Source: Rhodospirillales bacterium (GTDB lineage: Bacteria > Pseudomonadota > Alphaproteobacteria > Micavibrionales > Micavibrionaceae). From it: a stretch of DNA of 64,000 nucleotides. The stretch spans positions 505,495 through 569,494 of the forward strand of contig JACKIU010000002.1 of assembly GCA_020638295.1 (NCBI GenBank). The letters are read 5' to 3'. A model generated the notes under the pieces. The model was not told the DNA's origin. It saw nothing but the letters and a program-made list of their open reading frames with translations, and made no database searches. Shown here one piece after another: positions 23,351-32,277 of this stretch (position 1 is the stretch's first letter; each line of letters begins with the position of its first letter). A program made the translations under genes and the position numbers.

Positions 23351-24647
23351 ATGTTGGAAAAAATTGACACACAAAACCTGCTATCCACTGCCCAAAACTG
23401 GACAACGGAGCATTTTTTAACAACCAATACGCTCTATCAGGGCATTTTACTGCTCAGCGCCTTTGTCCTTGGAAGCTTTACCTACCACATTGTTCGCGCC
23501 AAAGCCTTCAAAGCCATAGAAAACTCGAAAATGCCCCGCGCCGCCCGGCGCATCTCAAATAACCTCGTGCGCCTGCTCTTCCCGTTAATATCTCTGTCTA
23601 TCTTGTTTATCGGCAGCCAAATCGCCAAAACCGAGACCATCGGCGTCAACACCGCGCTGACCGAAGGCATCATGAAAGTCCTGCTGGCCTGGATTATCAT
23701 CCGTATGGCCGTCCAGTTCATCGCCAACAGCGCTATCCGCAACTTTTTCGCATTCGTCATCTGGTCGATCGCCGCGCTGAGCATTTTCGGCTTTCTGAAC
23801 CAGACCATGACGACGCTGGATTCCATATCCTTCAGCATCGGGGATTTCCGCCTTTCCGCCCTCATCGTCATAAAAAGCGTCCTGTCGCTGTTTACGCTGC
23901 TCTACCTGGCCATATTCGCCTCCAGCTTCGCCGAACGCCGGATATTCAGAATCAAAAGCCTGACCCGCTCTTCTCAGGTGTTGCTCGCCAAGGTGATCCG
24001 CGTCGTTCTTATCGTCTTCGCCCTGCTCGTCGGCGTCACCTCCGCCGGCATCGACCTCTCCCTGTTCGCCGTCTTCGGCGGCGCCATCGGCTTGGGGATT
24101 GGCTTCGGCCTGCAAAAAGGCATCTCGAATCTGTTTTCCGGCATGCTGCTGCTGATGGACCAGTCCATCAAACCCGGCGATGTGCTGGAACTGGAAAACG
24201 GCACCTTCGGCTGGGTCAACCAGATGGCCGCACGCTATACCGAGATCGTCACCCGCGACAACAAATCCTTCCTCATCCCCAACGAAGAACTCATCACCCA
24301 GCGCGTGGTGAACTGGAGCCACGGCAACTCCTCATCCGCCTGCAGGTAAATTTCGAACGCATTACAACTCCGACCCGCATAAAGTCGTAGAAATTGCCGA
24401 AGCCGCCGCTGCCGACGCGCACGAACGTATCCACAAGGATCCGCCGCCCATATGCCATCTAACCGAATTTGGCGACAGCTCAATAAACTTCTCCCTGCGT
24501 TTCTGGATCAAAGACGCCGAATCCGGAGTAACGAACATCAAAGGCGCCGTCATGCTCGCCCTGTGGGACGCATTCAAGGAAAACGCCATCGAAATCCCCT
24601 ACCCCCACCGCGAAGTCTACGTGCACGAGGTTAAGAAAGGCGCCTGA
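23351..24647 (+). pseudogene. MscS-family mechanosensitive channel, interrupted by two frameshifts
   Basis: The ORF 23351..24349 ends just after VVNWSHGN. The family-typical continuation LLIRLQVNFER, then YNSDPHKVVEIAEAAA...IEIPYPHREVYV, lies in the two other frames down to the stop at 24645-24647. Confidence 0.75.
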
Positions 24648-24656
24648 AACAGCACC

Positions 24657-25529
24657 CTAACCGGCATATTCAACGCTAAGTTCATGAGACCCATCCTGCA
24701 GTTCCTCAGAATGCGGCTGACCTCGCCCAGCAAGCCCTTTACAACTCATATAAACCCCATCCGCCCAATTGCAATTCAACGTTTGCAGTTCTTCCAAAGA
24801 CCGGACCACCGGCGGCGTATCTTCAGCAACCTTAATCGCATCCATCTTTGCCCCCCATCTCATAAAACCCCGCTTGGCAAATCTCTCAACCGCCTCGACA
24901 TTGCCTGCATTCAAAACCGCATTGACCGTATGACAATTTCGCCGTACCAGATCATAATCCAGTCCTTGCCTGTTAATATCCCCCGCACGCTCCTGAAGAA
25001 CCGCCCACAGAGCCTCGATACAATCCTGATCATCGCTAATCGCAACCGGCTCTTCCACAACGTGATCAGCATCATAAGGCCGTATATTATCCCCATACAA
25101 ACTACCAACACCCAATTTACATTTTTCACTCTTGAAAACGGCATTGTTAAACGCTTCCACCAGCCGCCTTGGAATAAAAGTCGAAACAATATTCCCGACA
25201 GTATGCGGGTCAATCCTTAGCCCTATCCACTCACCGGTCTCAGGATCAATGGCTCCGGGATTTAACTCCCCGCGCACCCAGATCTGCGGATAAAGCCGCC
25301 CCGTTTCCGGGTCTTTCAACGGCTTGCCATCTTCATCACACCAAATTTGAGCCATCCGCGTAAAAGAATGTTCAACACTATTGCGACCCAAAAAACTGGC
25401 CAGCTTGTGATTTCCACGCCATTTCAGGCTATCAACCGTCGCAATTTGTATAGCCCAGCGCGCCCGCGCGCCCGGATGACGCTCGGGAACAAAAGACGTA
25501 TCTACAGTGCTTTGATCAATCCTGCCCAA
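24657..25529 (-). CDS. Hypothetical protein with permuted papain-like (LRAT/PPPDE-type) motif
   Basis: GLDYDLVRRNCHTVNAVLNAG resembles the Y-x-L-x3-NC-x-H/F catalytic-Cys motif of LRAT/PPPDE (NlpC/P60 superfamily). A candidate His sits in IDPHTVGNIV about 90 residues upstream. The start is TTG with an AAGGTGA SD. No signal peptide is present. Confidence 0.45.
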   Translation of the reverse strand: MGRIDQSTVDTSFVPERHPGARARWAIQIATVDSLKWRGNHKLASFLGRNSVEHSFTRMAQIWCDEDGKPLKDPETGRLYPQIWVRGELNPGAIDPETGEWIGLRIDPHTVGNIVSTFIPRRLVEAFNNAVFKSEKCKLGVGSLYGDNIRPYDADHVVEEPVAISDDQDCIEALWAVLQERAGDINRQGLDYDLVRRNCHTVNAVLNAGNVEAVERFAKRGFMRWGAKMDAIKVAEDTPPVVRSLEELQTLNCNWADGVYMSCKGLAGRGQPHSEELQDGSHELSVEYAG

Positions 25530-25575
25530 TAAAAATCACCTTACAAAAAACCCTCGAGCCCAAATGGGCTACGTT

Positions 25576-25770
25576 TTATTTCTCAGCTAGTTCGGGTCTA
25601 GCATGAGTTGGTAAAACCGTAGCTTCATTTTCCGAACTGCGCAAATAACGAGAGTCATCGTGTCCTGTATTAAAGGATGCCGTCAGCCCCCACATGACCA
25701 ATCCAAATCCAGCCCCGATCATTCCATACGCACCGAACCTCTGAAGATTTAATCGTTTTTCTATATCCAT
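25576..25770 (-). CDS. Small single-TM protein (64 aa)
   Basis: The ATG at 25770 has GGAGG 5 nt upstream. It has one hydrophobic helix (YGMIGAGFGLVMWGLTA). It lies 46 nt upstream of the papain-like ORF. Confidence 0.5.
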   Translation of the reverse strand: MDIEKRLNLQRFGAYGMIGAGFGLVMWGLTASFNTGHDDSRYLRSSENEATVLPTHARPELAEK

Positions 25771-25796
25771 AACGCCTCCAAATAAAAATTTCCATA

Positions 25797-25825
25797 ACAA
25801 TACACACTCTCGACACAAAATGCAA
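25797..25825 (-). promoter_or_regulatory. Candidate sigma70 promoter TTGCAT-N17-TATTGT
   Basis: Read on the minus strand, it lies upstream of the 64-aa ORF. Each hexamer matches 4 of 6 consensus positions. Confidence 0.3.
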
Positions 25826-25851
25826 AAAAAAACGCGCCCACAACAGGCGCG
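25824..25851 (-). terminator. Intrinsic terminator of ahpCD
   Basis: On the minus strand it is CGCGCC-tgttgtg-GGCGCG followed by T9. Confidence 0.7.
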
Positions 25852-25878
25852 CCCTTCAAGAAATATAACGGAAAAACT

Positions 25879-26424
25879 CTAGGCCGCCTGCGCGCGGGCC
25901 CCTTCAGACGCCGCCGCCCCATCGAGAATAGCCGAAGCCGCCTGCACCACCGCCGCAATCCGCACAGAAGTTTGCACCTGCTCAAGGCTCAAACCGCCCT
26001 CACGGATTTTCTTTTCGTGCGACTTCACACAGAACTGGCACCCGTTAATCGCCGAAACCGCCAGCGACCACAGCTCGAAATCAACCTTGTCCACGCCCGG
26101 ATTCCCGATAATATTCATCCGCAATTTCGCCGGAATAGCCTGATAATCGGCCATCATGCCGGTGAATTTATAATACACATTATTCATCGCCATAATCGCC
26201 GCTGCGGCCTTGGCCGCTTCCAGCGCCTCAGGCGATAAATGCGCCGCCGCCTCTTCCTCAATCTCGCGAATAACAGCCGCATTGCGCCCGGCATGCGCCG
26301 TGGCGACAAACGTCCCCCAAAGCTGCTGCGCATTCAGAGTCTCCTCATTCGCCAGTGAAGACAAATTCAGCTTAATATCCTTGGCATATTCGGGAATTTC
26401 GTTTTTCAAATTTTCAAGTGACAT
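25879..26424 (-). CDS. ahpD: Alkylhydroperoxidase AhpD (carboxymuconolactone decarboxylase family)
   Basis: It has the CxxC motif [10 protein letters not shown] and lies downstream of ahpC. Confidence 0.85.
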   Translation of the reverse strand: MSLENLKNEIPEYAKDIKLNLSSLANEETLNAQQLWGTFVATAHAGRNAAVIREIEEEAAAHLSPEALEAAKAAAAIMAMNNVYYKFTGMMADYQAIPAKLRMNIIGNPGVDKVDFELWSLAVSAINGCQFCVKSHEKKIREGGLSLEQVQTSVRIAAVVQAASAILDGAAASEGARAQAA

Positions 26425-26506
26425 GTGCTTCTCCTTAAATAGTCACCCCCGTCTTGTACGGGGGTCCGGATGCCCGCACGGTGGCGGGCATGACACGGTT
26501 TTTAAA

Positions 26507-27088
26507 CTACGCCGCAATCTTCTTCGCTTCAGCAGAAACATCAATCGTCTCGCCGCCCACAGCCCGGTTGCACGGACACAGCTCATCCGATTGCAAAGCA
26601 TCCAGAATGCGCAAGGTTTCCTTCGGATTGCGTCCCACATTCAGGCCGTTCACCGCAACATGCTGGATCACGCCATGCGGATCAACGATAAAGGTCGCGC
26701 GCAGAGCCACACCGGCTTGCGGCTCGCGAATGCCCAGACCGTCAATCAACGAACCGTTCGTATCCGCAAAGGACCACTGCTTCAGCTTCGACAAATCAGG
26801 GTGCTCGCGGCGCCAGGCCAGCTTGCAGAACTCATTGTCCGTAGACCCACCAAGAACCACGCAATCACGATCTTCGAACTCATCATTCAGCTTCGCAAAC
26901 TCGACGATCTCCGTCGGGCAGATAAATGTAAAATCTTTCGGGTAGAAAAAGAAAACCTTCCACTTCCCCTCAAAACTTTTTTCCGTGATCGCCTCAAATG
27001 CGCTTTCGCCATTTTCTTCGTGGACGTTAAAACCGGGCTTCACGCCTGTAATTTCAAATTCAGGAATTTGATCGCCAATACCGAGCAT
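26507..27088 (-). CDS. ahpC: Peroxiredoxin AhpC (2-Cys)
   Basis: The peroxidatic Cys context is FFFYPKDFTFICPTE and the resolving Cys is near the C-terminus. The ATG at 27088 has a GGAGA SD. Confidence 0.9.
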   Translation of the reverse strand: MLGIGDQIPEFEITGVKPGFNVHEENGESAFEAITEKSFEGKWKVFFFYPKDFTFICPTEIVEFAKLNDEFEDRDCVVLGGSTDNEFCKLAWRREHPDLSKLKQWSFADTNGSLIDGLGIREPQAGVALRATFIVDPHGVIQHVAVNGLNVGRNPKETLRILDALQSDELCPCNRAVGGETIDVSAEAKKIAA

Positions 27089-27182
27089 TTTAAAATCTCC
27101 ATTATGTGTTCGGGTTAAAATCGATGATGCCAATCTGCACCCTGACGTCCGTAAAATCCAACAAAAATTTCCATTTTTTAAT

Positions 27183-27229
27183 ATCGAAAAAATCGATACT
27201 AAATAAAATTTATATGTGATAATTTCGAT
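27183..27229. promoter_or_regulatory. Candidate OxyR operator region in the ahpC-oxyR divergent spacer
   Basis: ATCGAaaaaaTCGAT sits at 27183-27197 and a further TCGAT at 27225-27229, all in an AT-rich spacer. The assignment rests only on position and dyad symmetry. Confidence 0.25.
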
Positions 27230-27320
27230 TTATATAAAACCGCCGCACCCCTGACAGCACCCACGACGAAAGATACAAAGATAAAAGGAAAGGGTTCGGA
27301 TTATATAAAATAAATAGCTT

Positions 27321-28217
27321 ATGATCAGACCCACGATAAAACAACTCAGCTACCTCAGCGCCATCCATCAGCACGGCTCCTTCATCAAGGCCGCCGAAGA
27401 ATGCGCCGTCACCCAAAGCACCCTCAGCGCCGGAATTAAAGAGCTCGAAACCATCCTCGGCCAACCCCTTGTCCTGCGCGGCCGCAAAGCCGCCAACCTC
27501 ACTCCTTTTGGCCTCGAAACCGTTGAAAGCGCAGAAAAAATCCTTGAAGACACCGACCGCATCGTTGCCCGTTCGCGCTTGCTCAACCAGCCGTTAAGCG
27601 GCCCGCTGCGCCTCGGCATAATCCCAACCATCGCGCCCTATATGCTGCCGGAAATTCTCCCTGTACTAACTGAAAAATTCCCCCGGCTCGAACTGCAACT
27701 CCACGAAGAATTAACCGACAGACTATTGGAATCATTACGAAAATCACAACTCGACCTGCTTCTCCTGGCCTTCCCCTACGACACGCCGGACATGAACCAA
27801 TACATCCTGTTCGAAGAAAAATTCTACGCCGCCGCCGCCGAGCACGCCGGACCGGTTGAAAACAGCATCAATATCAAAGACTTGAAACCGGAAGAACTCC
27901 TGCTCCTCGAAGACGGTCACTGCCTGCGCGATCACGCCCTCTCAGCCTGCGACTTACAACTGCCCAAAACCCGCAAAACCTTTTCCGCCACCTCGCTGCC
28001 CACCCTGATCCAAATGGTCAAAACCGGTTACGGCATCACGCTCTTGCCCGAAATGGCCTGCACGCCCGAAACAATCCCGCCGGGCATCCGCCTGCTGCCC
28101 TTCACCGACAAACGCCCACCCACGCGGCAAATCGGCCTGTGCTGGCGCCGCAGCGATCCACGCAAACGCGATTACGAAACACTGGCCGGCACACTCAAAA
28201 CGTACACGCCAGCCTAA
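27321..28217 (+). CDS. oxyR: LysR-family hydrogen peroxide sensor OxyR
   Basis: LLLLEDGHCLRDHALSAC matches the OxyR redox Cys pair context. The gene is divergent from ahpCD. Confidence 0.9.
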   Translation: MIRPTIKQLSYLSAIHQHGSFIKAAEECAVTQSTLSAGIKELETILGQPLVLRGRKAANLTPFGLETVESAEKILEDTDRIVARSRLLNQPLSGPLRLGIIPTIAPYMLPEILPVLTEKFPRLELQLHEELTDRLLESLRKSQLDLLLLAFPYDTPDMNQYILFEEKFYAAAAEHAGPVENSINIKDLKPEELLLLEDGHCLRDHALSACDLQLPKTRKTFSATSLPTLIQMVKTGYGITLLPEMACTPETIPPGIRLLPFTDKRPPTRQIGLCWRRSDPRKRDYETLAGTLKTYTPA

Positions 28218-28313
28218 TTGACCACGAATACAAAAATCTATTGATTTTTCATATTGCTAAAGCTATAAAGACGCAGAACATAAACATATAACTGCGTAAC
28301 GACATACTGAGTA

Positions 28314-28898
28314 ATGAAAAAGACTACACGACTAGCATTTCTAAACAACACGGCCTTGGACACAACAGACGATCCAATTAGAGAACGCATTAATCAAGTA
28401 CACAAATTTTTCTACCGTGATTATGTGTTAGATGTCATCAACACATATGATATTCCGGATAAAGACGCCAAGAAAATCGTAACAAACGCCTTTAGCCATG
28501 CGCGCAATCAAACCGCGATCTATCCCAAAGAAAAATCAATCGAAGAATGGCTGGAAAATTTCATTACCGATGAAATCGCAAAATATAGCGAGTGCGCCGA
28601 ACATTATTCAAATAACTACGAAGAAGAAAGACTTATACAGAACCTGCATGAAGCAGTTAACTTGGTTATAAATTCACTAATGAAAAGAGGCTGTAACTAT
28701 CAGCAAGCAAAGCGAAAACTCACGGAATACATTATAGCCGTCCATCAAGACGACCCGACAATTTCTGAAACAGGAAAAATCACACCTGAACAGGCCGAAA
28801 GATATCAAAGAATGCTGGATGAAATCATCCGCCCTAAAGCACAAGTTATAAGTATATGTGCAGGTCAGAAAACCCCAGAACAGCCCGATATAAAGTAA
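28314..28898 (+). CDS. Hypothetical protein, possibly a divergent ECF-sigma-like region 2
   Basis: FFYRDYVLDVINTYDIPDKDAKKIVTNAFSHA...IEEWLENFITDEI loosely follows the sigma70 region 2 spacing. The gene is strongly AT-rich and has a weak SD. Confidence 0.3.
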   Translation: MKKTTRLAFLNNTALDTTDDPIRERINQVHKFFYRDYVLDVINTYDIPDKDAKKIVTNAFSHARNQTAIYPKEKSIEEWLENFITDEIAKYSECAEHYSNNYEEERLIQNLHEAVNLVINSLMKRGCNYQQAKRKLTEYIIAVHQDDPTISETGKITPEQAERYQRMLDEIIRPKAQVISICAGQKTPEQPDIK

Positions 28899-28901
28899 CC
28901 C

Positions 28902-29387
28902 TCAATCCCGTCCCGGCTTATGCTCAGGCTCAACCATCTTCGGGCTGCGCTGCCGTTTCACCCGCCGTTCATGCCCGCCGCCGACCATAAACGCCATCCG
29001 GTCAGCCATTTTCCGCCGATCCTCGACCGACATTTGTGAGGCCAGCGTTTTAATCGTTTCAACCTTATGCGCTTTCATCTCGCCGCCGATCTCCAGCATT
29101 TGCGCCGCCGCCTTGTCATAAGCCGCTTCATCAAACTCATCCGCCGATAAAATCTTCACCAGATCGGCCCGTGCTTTACGCGCCTTATCCCCCAAAGGCT
29201 TAATATCCCGAAACGCACTCTGGAACGTCCGCCCGACCAGATTACGGCTCTCCGGCGAAAGCTGCTCTTTAACCTCATGCCAAGGATGCGCACTCCAGCG
29301 CTTGTAAACATGTCCGCCAACCATGCCGCCAAGCAGCAAATTCAGAACGACAGAGCCAACCAGCATGATTTTGACTTTTTTATCCAT
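28902..29387 (-). CDS. Periplasmic Spy/CpxP-like (heavy-metal-sensor family) protein
   Basis: It has an N-terminal TM or signal segment and a helical body with LSPESRNLV and SVEDRRKMADRM repeats. It is the last gene of the ECF sigma cluster. The ATG is at 29387. Confidence 0.5.
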   Translation of the reverse strand: MDKKVKIMLVGSVVLNLLLGGMVGGHVYKRWSAHPWHEVKEQLSPESRNLVGRTFQSAFRDIKPLGDKARKARADLVKILSADEFDEAAYDKAAAQMLEIGGEMKAHKVETIKTLASQMSVEDRRKMADRMAFMVGGGHERRVKRQRSPKMVEPEHKPGRD

Positions 29388-29391
29388 GTCT

Positions 29392-29751
29392 TTACACCCA
29401 CTCCGCTGCCACAAAATTATCGTCAATCGTCATAAACTCGGCCAGATCGCCGACACTCAGACCGCTAAATATGCTGGCACTATCGGCCTGAACGCCAAGC
29501 TCAATCCCCACCACAAACACCACCAGCCCGGCCAGCGCATAGGCCGCCTGCGCCACACTCAAACGCGCCTGCACGCCTGCCAACATTCTCTGCGGCCATG
29601 CGCGCCAGCCCGCTGCGCCCCGGGACGCCAAAGCCTCCTGAGAATGCCGGTGCGCCGCCGCGACAATCCGCGCGCTCAGATATTCCGGCACCTCCGGTTT
29701 TTTTCGCACTTTCAACAATTGATCCAAATCATCAAACATTTTTTTACTCAT
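29392..29751 (-). CDS. Putative anti-sigma factor (single TM)
   Basis: Its start forms an ATGA overlap with the ECF sigma stop. It has one TM helix (AYALAGLVVFVVGIELG). Confidence 0.5.
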   Translation of the reverse strand: MSKKMFDDLDQLLKVRKKPEVPEYLSARIVAAAHRHSQEALASRGAAGWRAWPQRMLAGVQARLSVAQAAYALAGLVVFVVGIELGVQADSASIFSGLSVGDLAEFMTIDDNFVAAEWV

Positions 29752-30338
29752 CCTGCTTTCCTGTTCTTTTCCGGTTCTAAGAACCCGGCAATCAGCGGGT
29801 CATCCTTCAGGGCCGCTTTCGCCCGCATCAGCAACGATTCCAATCCCTTCACACTCACCTCCAAAACCTCTGCCGCATCTTTATTGCTAAGCCCTTCATA
29901 AAAACAAAGGTTCAGCGCCGCCTTCTGCCGCTCCGGCAGATTCTGGATCGCCCCTTCCAGCGCCGCCTGCCGATCGCACTCATCCAAAACTTCGTCCGCC
30001 AGCGGTGTCTGGTCCGCCATAAAATCCAGCGCATCCGCTCCGGCCTGCGGCTTTTTACGCCGCTGCGCGTCAATCGCCAGATTGGTCACCACGCGGTAAA
30101 ACCAGGTGGTAAATTTCGCGCCTTTGTCCGGTCTGTAAGCATCCGGCCTATCCCAGAGCTTCAAAAACGCGTCCTGCACAATCTCCTCGGCTTCTTCTGC
30201 ATTCCCGCACATTCGATAAGCCGCCGAATAAAACAAGCCCGAATGCCGCTGAACAATGTGCGCAAAAGCCTGATGGTCGCCTTTTCCAATGCGCGCCACC
30301 AGGCTTTCATCGCTGTCTTGCATATTGTCTGAAACCAT
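29748..30338 (-). CDS. ECF-type RNA polymerase sigma-70 factor
   Basis: Region 2 is AEEIVQDAFLKLW...FTTWFYRVVTNLAIDAQRR. Region 4 is LPERQKAALNLCFYEGLSNKDAAEVLEVSVKGLESLLMRAK. Confidence 0.9.
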   Translation of the reverse strand: MVSDNMQDSDESLVARIGKGDHQAFAHIVQRHSGLFYSAAYRMCGNAEEAEEIVQDAFLKLWDRPDAYRPDKGAKFTTWFYRVVTNLAIDAQRRKKPQAGADALDFMADQTPLADEVLDECDRQAALEGAIQNLPERQKAALNLCFYEGLSNKDAAEVLEVSVKGLESLLMRAKAALKDDPLIAGFLEPEKNRKAG

Positions 30339-30377
30339 GCCGTTTTATGCGCTGATCAGACTTCGGATGCAAATGCT

Positions 30378-30746
30378 TTATTCCTCAGAGCCTTCGTCCG
30401 CGCCTTGACGCTTCTCCATCCGCATCTCCTTACGCTCTTCACGTTCTTCCATGCGTTCCTCACGGCGTTCTTTCCACTTCTCTTTCATCTCGGCACGGTG
30501 AGCCTGAGCCTCTTCTTTGGTAATATCACCGGAACCATCGGCATCCATCTCACCGAAACGCGTCTTGGCATGGCTTAGAAATTCATCTTCGGAAACAACG
30601 CCGTCACCATTGGTGTCGTGCTGTTCAAACATCCCGCCTTTAGGGCCATTGCCGGAACCGTCACGCGGCCCGCCCTGAGGTCCTGCCAGCGCCGGAGCAG
30701 CGGAAAAAGCCAAAGCGATAGCCGTCAGTGTCAAAAGTTTTTTCAT
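30378..30746 (-). CDS. Secreted EF-hand calcium-binding protein
   Basis: It has a signal peptide and two canonical EF loops, DTNGDGVVSEDE and DADGSGDITKEE. The C-terminal tail is charged. Confidence 0.8.
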   Translation of the reverse strand: MKKLLTLTAIALAFSAAPALAGPQGGPRDGSGNGPKGGMFEQHDTNGDGVVSEDEFLSHAKTRFGEMDADGSGDITKEEAQAHRAEMKEKWKERREERMEEREERKEMRMEKRQGADEGSEE

Positions 30747-30832
30747 CGTTTTTCATCCTTATGTTACTGTTATGATAACTTATATACGCAGGGGTATCCT
30801 AAACCCTTCGCATTTATATCAGGATCAGTTTA

Positions 30833-32146
30833 ATGAGCAAGACACCATCTCCGCGCGGCAAATCCCTGAGCCATTCAACGCAAGTCATGATAAACCAGAA
30901 ACTCTGGTCCAAAATCCTCTTTGGTATGATTGCCGGTGTAGCCATCGGCCTAATCATTTCCCCCGAAGGCATGGGACTGTGGGAAAAAGACTGGGCCTAT
31001 GCCGCCGGAGAATGGCTGGCCCTGCCCGGCGTGATTTTCCTCGGACTGACACAAATGGTCATCATCCCGCTGATTGTGTGTTCAATCATCCTTGGGATTG
31101 CCGAAAGCGGCGATCTGGATTTCCTGAAAAAACTCGGCCTCCGCATTATCCCGTATTTTATCATCACCACCGCCGTTTCAGTCACCATCGGCCTTGCCAT
31201 CGTAGGCGTAGTTAAACCCGGCTTGCTCATCGACCAGACCGTCGCCCAAAGCGCGATTGAATCTGGCGCGGCCGCCGGGCGAATCCCCGACCAGACATTC
31301 GAAGATTTAACCATCCCCCAGCGCATATCGAACATCATCCCGACCAATCCGGCCAAGGCACAGCTTGAACGCAACATGCTGCAAATCGTTATTGCCTCAA
31401 TTCTGGTTGGCATCGCGCTGATTACAATACCGGCGACCACCGGCAAACCGTTTAAGGAACTCTGCATCGCCGGGCAGGTTTTATCGATGCGCATTATCTC
31501 ATGGGCCATGGCCATCGCCCCGATCGCCGTTTTCGGCCTGATCAGCAACATTACCATCCGCCTCGGCCTTGATGCCCTGCTCAGCGTCGGCGCCTATGGC
31601 ACGTGCGTACTCGGCGGACTGGCCTGTATGCTGATCGTTTATATGCTGATCATCACCCTGTTCACCCGCACTTCCCCCCTCGCTTTCCTGAAAAACATCC
31701 GCGAGGTGCAACTGCTGGCTTTTTCCACCTCGTCATCCGCCGTCACCATGCCGTTTTCTATTCAGGCCTCTGAGGAAAAACTCAAAATCCGCCCGGAAAT
31801 TTCACGTTTTATCATCCCGCTCGGCGCGACCGTCAATATGGACGGAACCGCGCTGTATCAGGCTATCGCCGCCGTCTTCCTCTGTCAGGTTTTCGGCATT
31901 GATCTCACCTTTAACGAAACCCTGATGTTAATCGTCACCACCGTCATCGCCTCAATCGGAACCCCGGCCACCCCCGGCGTCGGGCTGGTTGTCCTCGCCA
32001 CCATCCTCACCGGGCTGGGCGTTCCGCCCGAAGGATTAGCCCTGGTCATCGGCATCGACCGTTTGCTTGACATGTGCCGCACCACGGTCAACGTCACCGG
32101 CGACCTGACTGCCGCCAAAGTCATGGATAAATGGGTAAAAACATAA
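30833..32146 (+). CDS. Dicarboxylate/amino acid:cation symporter (DAACS family)
   Basis: The polytopic protein carries the family motifs AFSTSSSAVTMP and PLGATVNMDGTALYQ. Confidence 0.9.
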   Translation: MSKTPSPRGKSLSHSTQVMINQKLWSKILFGMIAGVAIGLIISPEGMGLWEKDWAYAAGEWLALPGVIFLGLTQMVIIPLIVCSIILGIAESGDLDFLKKLGLRIIPYFIITTAVSVTIGLAIVGVVKPGLLIDQTVAQSAIESGAAAGRIPDQTFEDLTIPQRISNIIPTNPAKAQLERNMLQIVIASILVGIALITIPATTGKPFKELCIAGQVLSMRIISWAMAIAPIAVFGLISNITIRLGLDALLSVGAYGTCVLGGLACMLIVYMLIITLFTRTSPLAFLKNIREVQLLAFSTSSSAVTMPFSIQASEEKLKIRPEISRFIIPLGATVNMDGTALYQAIAAVFLCQVFGIDLTFNETLMLIVTTVIASIGTPATPGVGLVVLATILTGLGVPPEGLALVIGIDRLLDMCRTTVNVTGDLTAAKVMDKWVKT

Positions 32147-32155
32147 ACCTCTTCA

Positions 32156-32269
32156 CGTCATTGCGAGCGACTTGTCCGCCGAAGCCTTGGCGAAGGCGGA
32201 AGCGAAGCAATCCAGAAAGTTCTCACATGGATTGCCGCGTCGGTTCTCGCGAACCTCCTCGTAATGACG
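32156..32269. repeat. Palindromic intergenic repeat, copy B (long variant)
   Basis: It runs CGTCATTGCGAG...CTCGTAATGACG with the inner GCAATCC/GGATTGC pair and an extra internal palindrome, CCGCCgaagccttggcgaaGGCGG. It lies between convergent genes. Confidence 0.85.
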
Positions 32270-32277
32270 TCAATCCC

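Noticed and set aside
27134-27320. The ATCGA/TCGAT dyads in the ahpC-oxyR spacer could be a defined OxyR operator.
   Set aside because: I kept this only as a low-confidence feature. The sequence does not match the ATAG-N7-CTAT tetrad I know for enterobacterial OxyR, and the AT-rich context makes chance dyads likely.
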